IMG/VR virus record: IMGVR_UViG_3300025520_000004
Span: 1-64,000 of that record
Length of the DNA stretch: 64,000 nt
Strand: one strand, 5' to 3'
Source: a virus
Shown: positions 9,605 through 18,129 of the stretch, one piece after another
Numbering within the stretch: position 1 is the stretch's first letter
How the letters are laid out: each line of letters opens with the position of its first letter
Position numbers and translations under genes: made by a program
Notes under the pieces: generated by a model
Told to the model about the DNA's origin: nothing
Database searches by the model: none
Seen by the model: only the letters and a program-made list of their open reading frames with translations

Positions 9605-10612
9605 TTGAAAACACTCTACCTTCTGGGTGCAGGTGCAAGCGCCAATGCTATCCCCACAGTCACGGATATGGAAGGAAGTATCAGGTCATGGACGAAATCA
9701 TTTGGTTACGGAATAAACGGTAGACAGCTTCCACAAATGAGCTTTTCTCCGAGCGAGAAATTAGCAGAAAAATTTGAATGGCTCGCCAATGGAGTTCGAG
9801 ATTACGGTACACCTGATATATTTGCGAAGAGTCTACTTCTTTCAAAAAAATATAAAGAGTATAAAATTTCGAAGATTACATTGGCAACTTATTTGGTACT
9901 TGAACAATGCAGAAGAAAAGTAGATAAGAGATACTTCGGTTTTTTTTCTGCATTATTGAACTATAATGAAGAATCTTCCAATGTAACTTTCCATCCGGAT
10001 ATAAAAATTGCTACTTGGAATTACGATCTTCAGATTACCGAAGCATTAATGTCTTTAACAAGCTTCCAAGAAAGCGAAGTTAACTCTATTCTACTTAAAA
10101 CATCTGATTTGCATTCAACTAATTTCAATAAGAATCAAGTTTATAGATTAAATGGCTATGCTGGTGCCGAGTTTTATGGAACTGATATTTTATCGAATTC
10201 TTTATCCGCAGCTTATTTTCACTTACCTAACGAAAGCCGTCACCCCGAGAAAATCCAAAACCTTTTTTTGGATTGGTTAAATAGTGAAGCTGATTTAAAT
10301 TTTCATTTTGCTTGGGATAGCCATGAGCCAATAAAAAATCATCGAGAAAAATTTTTTGCGGATATTGCAGAAACAGAGGTTTTGGTTGTAATCGGATACT
10401 CCTTTCCCACGTTCAATAGATTCATAGACAGTAGAATTTTTTCAAAACTGAGGAATCTTAAAAAGGCCTATATTCAAGATTCAAGCGAACAAGCATTGGG
10501 AAGAGTCAATCAACTGATTAAGCAAAATCATTACCCTGGAAAAGAAAGCATTGAAGTTAAACATATTTCAAATGTTGATCAATTCTATATCCCAAGTGAA
10601 ATTGATCGATAA
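9605..10612 (+). CDS. SIR2-like (SIR2_2/DUF4917-like) protein, candidate defence moron
   Basis: LYLLGAGASANAIP (GAGxS Rossmann loop), IATWNYDLQITEAL (TxNYD), VLVVIGYSFPTF. Expected KLHG is RLNGY. Start set at in-frame TTG 9605, preceded by GAGG. The track start at 9470 overlaps a minus-strand ORF. Confidence 0.5.
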   Translation: MKTLYLLGAGASANAIPTVTDMEGSIRSWTKSFGYGINGRQLPQMSFSPSEKLAEKFEWLANGVRDYGTPDIFAKSLLLSKKYKEYKISKITLATYLVLEQCRRKVDKRYFGFFSALLNYNEESSNVTFHPDIKIATWNYDLQITEALMSLTSFQESEVNSILLKTSDLHSTNFNKNQVYRLNGYAGAEFYGTDILSNSLSAAYFHLPNESRHPEKIQNLFLDWLNSEADLNFHFAWDSHEPIKNHREKFFADIAETEVLVVIGYSFPTFNRFIDSRIFSKLRNLKKAYIQDSSEQALGRVNQLIKQNHYPGKESIEVKHISNVDQFYIPSEIDR

Positions 10613-10622
10613 GGTTTAAGCG

Positions 10623-10919
10623 CTAAACGCTTTGCAAATTACATCTATAGCGAATAGAATCAGAGATGACTTGTACTAAATCTTCGCTTTTTACTATAAA
10701 GTTAATCTTTTCAGAAAAAGTCTTCTCCCCTACTTTTGAATATAAAACTGCAAAGAGTTCATCAGCAAAAGAATGAGAAATAGATTCTATATTCCTTAAA
10801 TCTATAGTTACCTTGTCGCCATTTTGGAGAAGTTTTTCAAGAATTAGCCTTTGCTCTTGGCCATAAGTCCGTGAGGATAAATCAGTTCCAGAAAAACTTA
10901 ATCTTACTGTTTCATTCAT
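10623..10919 (-). CDS. STAS-like (DUF4325-like) small protein
   Basis: VTIDLRNIESISHSFADELF matches my recollection of the DUF4325 core. 8-nt overlap with the upstream GHKL gene. Confidence 0.5.
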   Translation of the reverse strand: MNETVRLSFSGTDLSSRTYGQEQRLILEKLLQNGDKVTIDLRNIESISHSFADELFAVLYSKVGEKTFSEKINFIVKSEDLVQVISDSIRYRCNLQSV

Positions 10920-11856
10920 GACTAACCTCCCACTTAATTGACGGCAAAATATTTGGTAATTTCGCCAACTTTTCTAGTCTAGCCTTGGCTAGGGACAAAT
11001 TAATAGACATAGATATCGTTACGCCAACTATTTTTGGCCCATTTATAAAATTTTCCTCTCCCCTCGAATTTAGAATGTAAATGGAATCACCACTTGCAAT
11101 TTCCAATGTTCCACCTGAATCCAAGCAGAATGATTTCAGAATATCCAATCCTATTCCCATGTGATGATTTCCGTCAGCTTTTCTACGAAACGTGTTCGTT
11201 CCTCTCATAGGATTGATAAAAGCATCCTCAGGTAGCATCTGAGCAAATTCATCATCAACTTTCTTTGTTGAATTTCCCTTCTTTAGACTCCAATTTATTG
11301 CCTCTTGATGCGACATAATCCCAGGGATATTATGTGATCTGATTTCGTTTAGGAAGCCTTTCCCTGAATCTGAAATACAGAAATAAAGCTCTTGTTTCCT
11401 TAATTGGAAAAATGAAAATCCTTGTGATTCACTGTGACTTGCGACATTATCATGCAATTCCATGACGGTTTGCAAAAGTCCGGTTGCACTTTGACTTACC
11501 AACAAAAACGGGTAATCTTGTAAAACCTTACGCATACAAGTATTAATTCCTGTATTCGCTAAATCGACTGATTTTGGATCCTCTGAATCAATTCTCTGAA
11601 TTCTAGAATACTTATTACCCTCAGAATGTCGGTTTATATTAACTGATTGGCGAGGATCAATATAATCAAACAAACCAATAGTATTTGCAAAAGATCTATT
11701 TTGTTCCCAATCAAATTTTATCTTAGATATGCCATGCCTTTGGGAAAGAAAAAGAACCCAAAAAGAAGGGTCAAAAAAGTTTTTTTCAAAAACAAATGGA
11801 TCTGATTGGATTTCTGGAATCGCTAAAACTTTTTCAATATTGGAAAGAAGTGACAT
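10912..11856 (-). CDS. GHKL (histidine-kinase-like) ATPase domain protein
   Basis: N-box ELHDNVASHS, G1 box SDSGKGF, G2 box MGIGLD in the C-terminal half. Confidence 0.6.
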   Translation of the reverse strand: MSLLSNIEKVLAIPEIQSDPFVFEKNFFDPSFWVLFLSQRHGISKIKFDWEQNRSFANTIGLFDYIDPRQSVNINRHSEGNKYSRIQRIDSEDPKSVDLANTGINTCMRKVLQDYPFLLVSQSATGLLQTVMELHDNVASHSESQGFSFFQLRKQELYFCISDSGKGFLNEIRSHNIPGIMSHQEAINWSLKKGNSTKKVDDEFAQMLPEDAFINPMRGTNTFRRKADGNHHMGIGLDILKSFCLDSGGTLEIASGDSIYILNSRGEENFINGPKIVGVTISMSINLSLAKARLEKLAKLPNILPSIKWEVSHE

Positions 11857-11938
11857 TTTTTCTAAGTATTTTTCTTATAATGGAAAAATGAAATCGTTTT
11901 TCCTTGCATTTGAATTCCAGCATATAAATTATCCCTAG

Positions 11939-12634
11939 ATGAAGTCTATCACCATTGCATCTTTAAAAGGCGGAGTTGGGAAAACTACATTGGCCATTTA
12001 CTTTGCGGCCTCCCTGGCGAGACAAAAAAAGCGAGTTTTACTTATCGATGCGGACCCAAATAACAATCTTACTGATTTCTTCCTTAGAAACGAGGAACTT
12101 GATTCTCTTCAATCTAAGTCATTGTATAATATTTTAAAAGGAAGGGTCTCAATTTCAGATACGATAAGAATCGTTGAGCCAGGTCTCGGTGTCGTCCCGA
12201 CTACACCTGAACTCGCGAAAGCTCAAAATGAGTTTGGGGCAAACCCAGGCACAGCTTTAAGGTTTCACAACGCTTTAAAATCTTTGGACTTTGATTATAT
12301 TATTTTTGATACTCCACCATCATTGACTTACGAATTGTATTTAGCACTTTACAATGCAGATCATGTAATTTGCCCGATTGGGTTTTCCAGATGGACAATC
12401 CAAGGATATCAGCTTATCGCTGAAGCATGTGCGCAAAACAACGTAACCGAACCTGTTTGTGTTCCTTTCAATGTTTCGAAGAAGGATTCAGAAAGAATTT
12501 CTGAAATTGAACTACCTTCGACAAAAACATCTATTCCAAAATCAGCCGAATTTGCCAAGTCAGCGATAAATGGAAAACTATCTGAGAAAGTTTGGGATGA
12601 ATTTTCAGACTTAACAAAAGAGATTTTAAGATGA
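11939..12634 (+). CDS. parA: ParA partition ATPase
   Basis: Deviant Walker A SLKGGVGKTTLA. About 230 aa. Followed by an overlapping partner gene. Confidence 0.85.
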   Translation: MKSITIASLKGGVGKTTLAIYFAASLARQKKRVLLIDADPNNNLTDFFLRNEELDSLQSKSLYNILKGRVSISDTIRIVEPGLGVVPTTPELAKAQNEFGANPGTALRFHNALKSLDFDYIIFDTPPSLTYELYLALYNADHVICPIGFSRWTIQGYQLIAEACAQNNVTEPVCVPFNVSKKDSERISEIELPSTKTSIPKSAEFAKSAINGKLSEKVWDEFSDLTKEILR

Positions 12635-13161
12635 GTGAACGAAAAAAACTCATAACTAATTTAGTCGGTGCGCGACCAGGCCATATCGTGACACCAAAAA
12701 ATGAAATCAAAAATGACGAAGTTACCGAAATCAATCTTCTTCATCAATCTATCATCCAAGATCTATCCAATGCGATTCAATCCGCGATATTAATTGGAGA
12801 AAAACTTTCAAATCAGAAGAAAATAATCGGTCACGGGAATTGGATTCCTTGGATGAAAGAAAATTTACAATTTTCAGACTCTACGGCCAAAAGATACATT
12901 CGTCTTTTTGAAAACAAGGCTTTGTTAAATCGGTCAACAGTGACCGATTTGAAATCGGCATTACAGCTAATTTCTGAATCCAAGAAAGAAGAAAAGGATG
13001 TTACTCCGACAATTTCTCCGGTTGAATTATATAAGAAATTTTCATCTGGAGAGAACCTAGGCAAGAAGGACAAAGAAGTATTGAAAACTTGGCTAAAGGA
13101 TAAGGAAAAGACAACAGAACAGAAACTGAAAAAAATAAAATCTGACTTAGCAAAAATTTAA
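12631..13161 (+). CDS. Partition partner / centromere-binding protein candidate (DUF3102-like)
   Basis: 4-nt overlap with parA. GNWIPWMKENLQFSDSTAKRYIRLFEN resembles the DUF3102 core. Confidence 0.5.
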   Translation: MSERKKLITNLVGARPGHIVTPKNEIKNDEVTEINLLHQSIIQDLSNAIQSAILIGEKLSNQKKIIGHGNWIPWMKENLQFSDSTAKRYIRLFENKALLNRSTVTDLKSALQLISESKKEEKDVTPTISPVELYKKFSSGENLGKKDKEVLKTWLKDKEKTTEQKLKKIKSDLAKI

Positions 13162-13308
13162 TTTTTTTCTTGTACTTCTTTTCGTTTCTGACTACTTAGT
13201 ACATGTCTAGCTTCACTGGATACGAACGATGCGGGAATTCGGAAGCCCGCAAAGTTCAAACCTCCCAAAACACAGTTTCCAAAATTCATCTCCCTTCCAA
13301 CCTGAGCC

Positions 13309-13344
13309 ATTATGTCTCATTATGTGCTTGACTTATTATGTCTC
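13309..13344 (+). repeat. Three iterons ATTATGT(CTC/GCT/CTC), candidate parS or origin iterons
   Basis: ATTATGTCTC at 13309, ATTATGTGCT at 13319, ATTATGTCTC at 13335, in the 330-bp gap between the partition genes and the rep-like gene. Nearby short inverted repeats: TTGCCA..TGGCAA at 13381-13404 and GGATCA..TGATCC. Confidence 0.5.
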
Positions 13345-13490
13345 TTAAATATACCGTGTACCCGTCTTAACGCCTAAGACTTGCCACTTCCGAAAATTTG
13401 GCAATTTAGTGAAGCTGGATCAATCCAATGATCCAAACAAAAATCTATTTTATTACGTGGCCGTAGGCGTGTCCACCTAAGAGGATCATT

Positions 13491-14054
13491 ATGAGGACAG
13501 GATTATGGATACCTGTTGAGATCGAAGTATTGCCTTTGAATCTCACAGAAAAAGTTTTATTAGCAGAAATCGTTTCCCTCGATAGGGTAGGGGAGTGTTT
13601 CGCATCTAACGAACATTTCTCCAAATTAATTGGAGTAAGATCGGACTCGGTTTCAAGGATCATTTCCAAACTTAAAAAAATGGGTTTGGTAAAACAAACT
13701 GGTTTCGATGGGAGACGAAGAAAACTAATACCGATTCTTGAGACAAAATCAGTGCAAAAGGAAGGCCCTATTTTGTCCAAAGTTTTGTCCTCCGTGCCAA
13801 AACAGAACATTCCCAAAACCAAAAGCAGGGTAGGCGAAAGTGCCGAGGCAGCCTTTGCAATTTCCAACGTTCCTATTAAGAGAGTACAATCACAGTACAA
13901 TGTACAAAAGAGTTGGGATGAATTTTTGAAATGGAGTAAGGGGAAAGTCACACCATCTACTTGGTCGATAATTACAAATTGCAAAGACCCAGAAATGTTA
14001 AAAGGAACAAGTTCAATAATTTGGAACCAATTTCAAGGAATGAAAACAATATGA
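13491..14054 (+). CDS. Winged-helix replication initiator candidate
   Basis: wHTH-like NEHFSKLIGVRSDSVSRIISKLKKMGLV. SD AAGAGGA upstream. Lies next to the iterons and parA. Confidence 0.5.
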   Translation: MRTGLWIPVEIEVLPLNLTEKVLLAEIVSLDRVGECFASNEHFSKLIGVRSDSVSRIISKLKKMGLVKQTGFDGRRRKLIPILETKSVQKEGPILSKVLSSVPKQNIPKTKSRVGESAEAAFAISNVPIKRVQSQYNVQKSWDEFLKWSKGKVTPSTWSIITNCKDPEMLKGTSSIIWNQFQGMKTI

Positions 14055-14761
14055 ATACAGATAAAGATGGTAATAAAATTTGGATTTTGTTTTTATCTAT
14101 ATCAGGAGTATTAATTCTTTGGTTGGGAAGTTATTGGTTTATTGAATTAAAATTTAGTAACTATGAACAAAAAGGGCAAATCGGAGACATGTTTGGTGCC
14201 ATAAATTCTTTGTTCTCAGGTTTAGCATTTGCAGGATTGATCTATGCTATTTATCTCCAAAACAAAGAAATTAAGCTCCAAAAAGAAGAATTAAACAAAA
14301 CAAGAGAAATCGCAGAAGCTCAAGAAAAAGCTTTGAGATCGCAGGCAGAATCACAAAATCTTTCAGTATTTCAATCTTCGTTTACTCAAATGTTGGAAAT
14401 TCATTTCCGATTGATGGATACTTACGCAGACGAAAAACACACAGGCAGTCAACGATTTAACCAAAAACTTATTAGAGCTTGCACCGAAGATCCACAAGAT
14501 TTTGAAAAATACATTCTACAAAATATGGACGCAAGAATGCTTAGACATTTATTTCACATATCAAACATTATAGAATTGATATTAATTGAATTCCCTGGAG
14601 ATCCAAAAAAACAAAGGATTTATATTTCAAGGTTAGTGGGTTGTTTAGCATACTATTTACTTTATTTTATAGTAAAAGCTAAAGATTTAGATTATTACAA
14701 AGAAATAAAAGCAAACTTAGAACTTATAATTCCGAGTTTGGGTGACTTAGATAAATTTTGA
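14051..14761 (+). CDS. Two-TM membrane protein, possibly AbiC-like abortive infection protein
   Basis: ATG at 14051 overlaps the rep stop. TM helices IWILFLSISGVLILWLGSYWFI and INSLFSGLAFAGLIYAIYL, followed by QNKEIKLQKEEL. Resemblance to the putative AbiC family is from memory. Confidence 0.3.
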   Translation: MNTDKDGNKIWILFLSISGVLILWLGSYWFIELKFSNYEQKGQIGDMFGAINSLFSGLAFAGLIYAIYLQNKEIKLQKEELNKTREIAEAQEKALRSQAESQNLSVFQSSFTQMLEIHFRLMDTYADEKHTGSQRFNQKLIRACTEDPQDFEKYILQNMDARMLRHLFHISNIIELILIEFPGDPKKQRIYISRLVGCLAYYLLYFIVKAKDLDYYKEIKANLELIIPSLGDLDKF

Positions 14762-14777
14762 TGCTGTTTCTTTAAAA

Positions 14778-15020
14778 TTGAATAAAATAGAAATGATCAA
14801 ATTATTTCCACAGTCAGACAATGAACAATTCATTTCTACACCGGATGCAGAAAGGTATTTTGAAAAGCCTTCTGAAATACCTATTTGTCAAAATTGTAAA
14901 TCCAAGGTTGCATACCATGAATGGGAAAAAGATAGAGTGGAATTTGCATGTCATGGGAATATTTTGCGGTTTCATTTTGTAGATGGGAATTTAGCCCGAG
15001 TTGAAGAACTCCTCGATTGA
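14778..15020 (+). CDS. Hypothetical small Cys-containing protein
   Basis: ORF with CQNC...C.H. Confidence 0.3.
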   Translation: MNKIEMIKLFPQSDNEQFISTPDAERYFEKPSEIPICQNCKSKVAYHEWEKDRVEFACHGNILRFHFVDGNLARVEELLD

Positions 15021-15372
15021 GAACTAGGTAAAAAATCTATACTTAATTCCGATTCATTTCGTCTAAATATCAATAATACTGGTCTTATGGCACCTCAACA
15101 CTGGTAGAAAAGGAGCAACAGAACGTAACAATTTGGGTCTGGGTCTTGTTTAACTTTATTCTGGGTTTTTTAGCAAAAAGAATATCTAAACTTAAGAAAA
15201 AAGGAGTAAAGAAAACTATGGCAAAAACTTTAAATTCATTAATCGATTCCGTTTCTAATTACCTCATCTCCTTTTCTGCTGGTGTTGCAGTTTTCAATAT
15301 CCACAAAATTACAGCTAAAATCCAATTCTGAAAACTGCTTGATTCTTCAATCACAGGGCATACTTGTCTTCA

Positions 15373-16221
15373 ATGGAAAAGATTTTATATTCCGAAATAA
15401 AACTAGTCAAACTCGATGATTTAGTCATCCACAAAGATAATTTCTTCCGAGACGTAGATCGCGAATCACAAAAAGAGTTTGATGCTGATGTTGCCTCTCA
15501 AGGTGTACAAGATCCTATAGTTCTCACCAAAGAAAAAAATGCAAACGGCCAATATGAAATTCTAAATGGCGCCAGAAGATACCGTGCTTCCAAAAAAGCA
15601 GGCTTCAAAACAATCCCAGCAAAACATGTTTTATCTGAATTAACTGATATCGTTAGGGCTCGTGTTATGGTCGCGCAGAACGGTTTTGCGAAAGACTATA
15701 CTCCCGAAAACAGAAAACGTGTAATCCTTATTTGGTTTGGAAAAGATGAAGTTCTCCAAGACGATAGGGGAGGGTCCTATGGGAATAAGTTCTCTTCCCG
15801 AAAAGAATTCAAAACCCCCATTCGCCGCAAGATCATGGATATGTTTGGCTGGCCTCTTGGAACAGTAAATCGGGACCTAAAGGAACTCCGAGACGAACTA
15901 AAGAAAGATATGAAGAAACCTCCCAAGGAGTTACCGGAACTCAAGGATGGAGAGGTAAGATATTTCAATAACAGGATCCTAGATTGGTGGGAAGCCGAAA
16001 AGCAAAAGGCCAAAGTGAAAGAGGATCTTCGAAAAGAAATCGATTCTTACAAAGAGCGCCTAAACAAAATTTCCAAGAAGCAAACGGAATTCAAAAAGGA
16101 TTTTGGGAAAGTAGGTGGATTCGATCACTACTTGAAATATGCAATTCAAAAGGATCCAGATATCAAAAAGCTGAAGGATCTAAAGAAGTTTATCGAGGGG
16201 AAAGAGATATCCAAAGAATGA
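15373..16221 (+). CDS. ParB-like N-terminal domain protein
   Basis: ILNGARRYRASKKAGFKTIPA resembles the ParB box GxRRxRA. Basic coiled-coil C-terminus. Confidence 0.65.
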   Translation: MEKILYSEIKLVKLDDLVIHKDNFFRDVDRESQKEFDADVASQGVQDPIVLTKEKNANGQYEILNGARRYRASKKAGFKTIPAKHVLSELTDIVRARVMVAQNGFAKDYTPENRKRVILIWFGKDEVLQDDRGGSYGNKFSSRKEFKTPIRRKIMDMFGWPLGTVNRDLKELRDELKKDMKKPPKELPELKDGEVRYFNNRILDWWEAEKQKAKVKEDLRKEIDSYKERLNKISKKQTEFKKDFGKVGGFDHYLKYAIQKDPDIKKLKDLKKFIEGKEISKE

Positions 16222-16223
16222 AG

Positions 16224-16640
16224 TTACGGTCCGTGGTCATATACTGAAAATTTTACATCAATCCAGATAATGTGAAAAACAAAATCTGTTTTATATCCAA
16301 TTATAGGTTTCCTACCATGAAATCTTATTCTATAGAATATGACGTCTTCAGGTATATTACTTGGAATCGAGACTTTGAATGCACTTCTATTAATTTTTTC
16401 AGCTCCATGTCCTGCATTGTGTGCCAAATGAATCTTAATCCATTCCATTTGGCTTAACATATGAAGCTTATCGATTAGAACTGCTTTATCGTCTTTCTCA
16501 CATTCACTTAAATCATGACCTGATACCATGTGCCTAAAACAAAAGACAGGATAATTGAAATCTCGATACTTGTCGGAGGTTGGGATTTGAGGATTTATAA
16601 TATTGCCCTTTTTCCCAGCTACCCCTTTTAACTTTCCCAT
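16224..16640 (-). CDS. Candidate toxin partner of the Panacea-domain antitoxin
   Basis: Starts 4 nt after the DUF4065 gene stop on the same strand. No family recognised. Confidence 0.4.
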   Translation of the reverse strand: MGKLKGVAGKKGNIINPQIPTSDKYRDFNYPVFCFRHMVSGHDLSECEKDDKAVLIDKLHMLSQMEWIKIHLAHNAGHGAEKINRSAFKVSIPSNIPEDVIFYRIRFHGRKPIIGYKTDFVFHIIWIDVKFSVYDHGP

Positions 16641-16643
16641 TAA

Positions 16644-17090
16644 TTACTTTGAGTTTAATTGAGTTTGAAAGTAAGAAGTCATTAGGTGCTGCGATATTTC
16701 TTGATTCCTTGGTGTGTTTTGCCACGGCTGTTCTGAGTGAGTGATTTCACGTAGTCTCCAAGCAGAATATTGACCGTAAACTACGAAAATTTCCTTCATC
16801 AGTTCGATTTGTTCATCGGAGAAAATATTGCCATTGTATTCTTTTGGCTTTGGGATTGCTCCTGAACCATGATACTTATATTTGTGATAAACTTCTTTGA
16901 CTACAGGACCATGTTCCCAGGCTTCAATTTTATCATCAAATAGTGGTTTGTTAAATAAAGCCAAATGGAATCCTTGAGCATAGTAGATCAACTTTTGTAA
17001 TTTTAAGTTTGATAAATTATCTCCAGATTCTTCATCAGGAAGGCATAGAAAAAATTCTGCTACATCAATAGCTTTAATATTTTCGTTCAT
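16644..17090 (-). CDS. Panacea/SocA-like (DUF4065) antitoxin domain protein
   Basis: LKLQKLIYYAQGFHLALFNKPLFDDKIEAWEHGPVVKEVY matches the DUF4065 core as I remember it. Confidence 0.65.
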   Translation of the reverse strand: MNENIKAIDVAEFFLCLPDEESGDNLSNLKLQKLIYYAQGFHLALFNKPLFDDKIEAWEHGPVVKEVYHKYKYHGSGAIPKPKEYNGNIFSDEQIELMKEIFVVYGQYSAWRLREITHSEQPWQNTPRNQEISQHLMTSYFQTQLNSK

Positions 17091-17247
17091 CGTAAATTAT
17101 CCTTTTGATTGTAAATTGTAACCTTGACCTGAGACAAAGGAAAAATCAGCGTAAAATTTCTAACAAACTGAGCATCAAATTGCGGATTTCGAGGGCAATC
17201 TCTTTTTATTTAGATCTCACCTACAATGGTCGACCAAAAAGTGAATT

Positions 17248-17394
17248 TCAGTTAGCTTCCTTCTTTTCTAATTTAATTTTCAATTGGAACTCTTTCAGTA
17301 AGCGGATAATGTACTTTTGTTGAGACAAATCTCCTCTTTCAGATTCAAGCATTCGATGCGTTTCATTATCCAAATCTAAAGTAATTCGAGGCAT
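17248..17394 (-). CDS. Uncalled 48-aa ribbon-helix-helix (CopG/Arc-like) protein
   Basis: My own translation: MPRITLDLDNETHRMLESERGDLSQQKYIIRLLKEFQLKIKLEKKEAN, stop TGA. The N-terminal beta-strand pattern RITLDLDNETHRML is typical of RHH proteins. Below the track size cutoff. Confidence 0.5.
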   Translation of the reverse strand: MPRITLDLDNETHRMLESERGDLSQQKYIIRLLKEFQLKIKLEKKEAN

Positions 17395-17403
17395 ATACCT
17401 ATT

Positions 17404-17442
17404 GCAGTAATTTACTGTAATAGGTCAACGGTAAATTACTGC
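17404..17442. promoter_or_regulatory. Perfect 12-bp inverted repeat GCAGTAATTTAC-N15-GTAAATTACTGC
   Basis: Read directly. Lies 9 nt upstream of the RHH ATG and 7 nt from the -35-like hexamer of late element P1. Confidence 0.55.
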
Positions 17443-17449
17443 AAAACGA

Positions 17450-17487
17450 TTGACTAGTAAGCAAATTCACTGATTTGTCACTTCCCG
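17450..17487 (+). promoter_or_regulatory. Late element P1: TTGACT-N19-TTGTCACTTCCCG, then ATG
   Basis: Member of the 7-copy motif. ATG of the small terminase candidate at 17488. Confidence 0.6.
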
Positions 17488-18129
17488 ATGGCACCAAAGA
17501 AGAAAATCCCTCGTAAAAAAGCACCTAGCAAACGTGTGGCGAAGAATGGTAGGTCTAATTCATGGGAAAATACTAACTCAACAATCTCAGTTAACTCGAC
17601 CGAAAATACAATACCGAGTCGAGAACCAGAGGAGATCTTTTTAGAGAGTAGGGGAGGGAAAGAATTTGAACCAATCCCCAAAAACAAGGCCGTTGTTCTT
17701 TACAGAGAATTCCCAGATGTCTCTCCATTTCAAGAATCCGGATTAATTCTATTCCGAGCTGGGAAATATAAAACGCACATTGGTCCTTTGATTGGGAGAG
17801 CTCGGGATTGGTTCGGTTGGAATTACAAACACTGTGAACCATTTCGAAAGTATGCCGATGAAATTGAACTGGAGCTCTTATCACATATTCGCCAAAATTC
17901 CGTTCCCGTTGCCGTTGGTTTCTTTCGAATCTTAGAAGAGATAGCTTCAGGCGACTATGACTTTGAGGACAAGATCCAGGCTGGAAAATTAGCCTTCGCC
18001 TATTTAGAAAAAACGGGACGGCTTCCTAAGTCCGATGACAAAGAGGAAGAAGACAAAAAGATAGAACAAGCAGTTCAGGCACTTTCAACTGCGCTTGCTG
18101 AAAAGTTTGGGAATGACCTTGCGATATGA
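17488..18129 (+). CDS. Terminase small subunit candidate
   Basis: Basic N-terminus. 4-nt overlap with the large terminase gene. Call is positional. Confidence 0.5.
   Translation: MAPKKKIPRKKAPSKRVAKNGRSNSWENTNSTISVNSTENTIPSREPEEIFLESRGGKEFEPIPKNKAVVLYREFPDVSPFQESGLILFRAGKYKTHIGPLIGRARDWFGWNYKHCEPFRKYADEIELELLSHIRQNSVPVAVGFFRILEEIASGDYDFEDKIQAGKLAFAYLEKTGRLPKSDDKEEEDKKIEQAVQALSTALAEKFGNDLAI

Noticed and set aside
11904-11938. Look-alikes of the late element upstream of parA (TTGCAT-N19-TTATCC-ctag-ATG) and upstream of the second ParB-fold gene (15339-15372, TTGATT-N19-TTGTCT-tca-ATG).
   Set aside because: They lack the CTTCCC tail. By my rough estimate, the minimal pattern TTGNNN-N19-TTGTC is expected about once per strand by chance in a window of this composition. 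They are noted as possible weak relatives but not counted among the seven.
13445-13984. 179-aa minus-strand ORF overlapping the rep-like gene.
   Set aside because: It is hydrophobic and Cys/Leu/Phe-rich, typical of an antisense shadow. The plus-strand ORF has an SD (AAGAGGA) and a winged-helix motif.
15146-15331. 61-aa ORF between 15020 and 15373.
   Set aside because: No family, no clear SD, and an alternative start codon. It could be real (one hydrophobic segment) but the support is insufficient.
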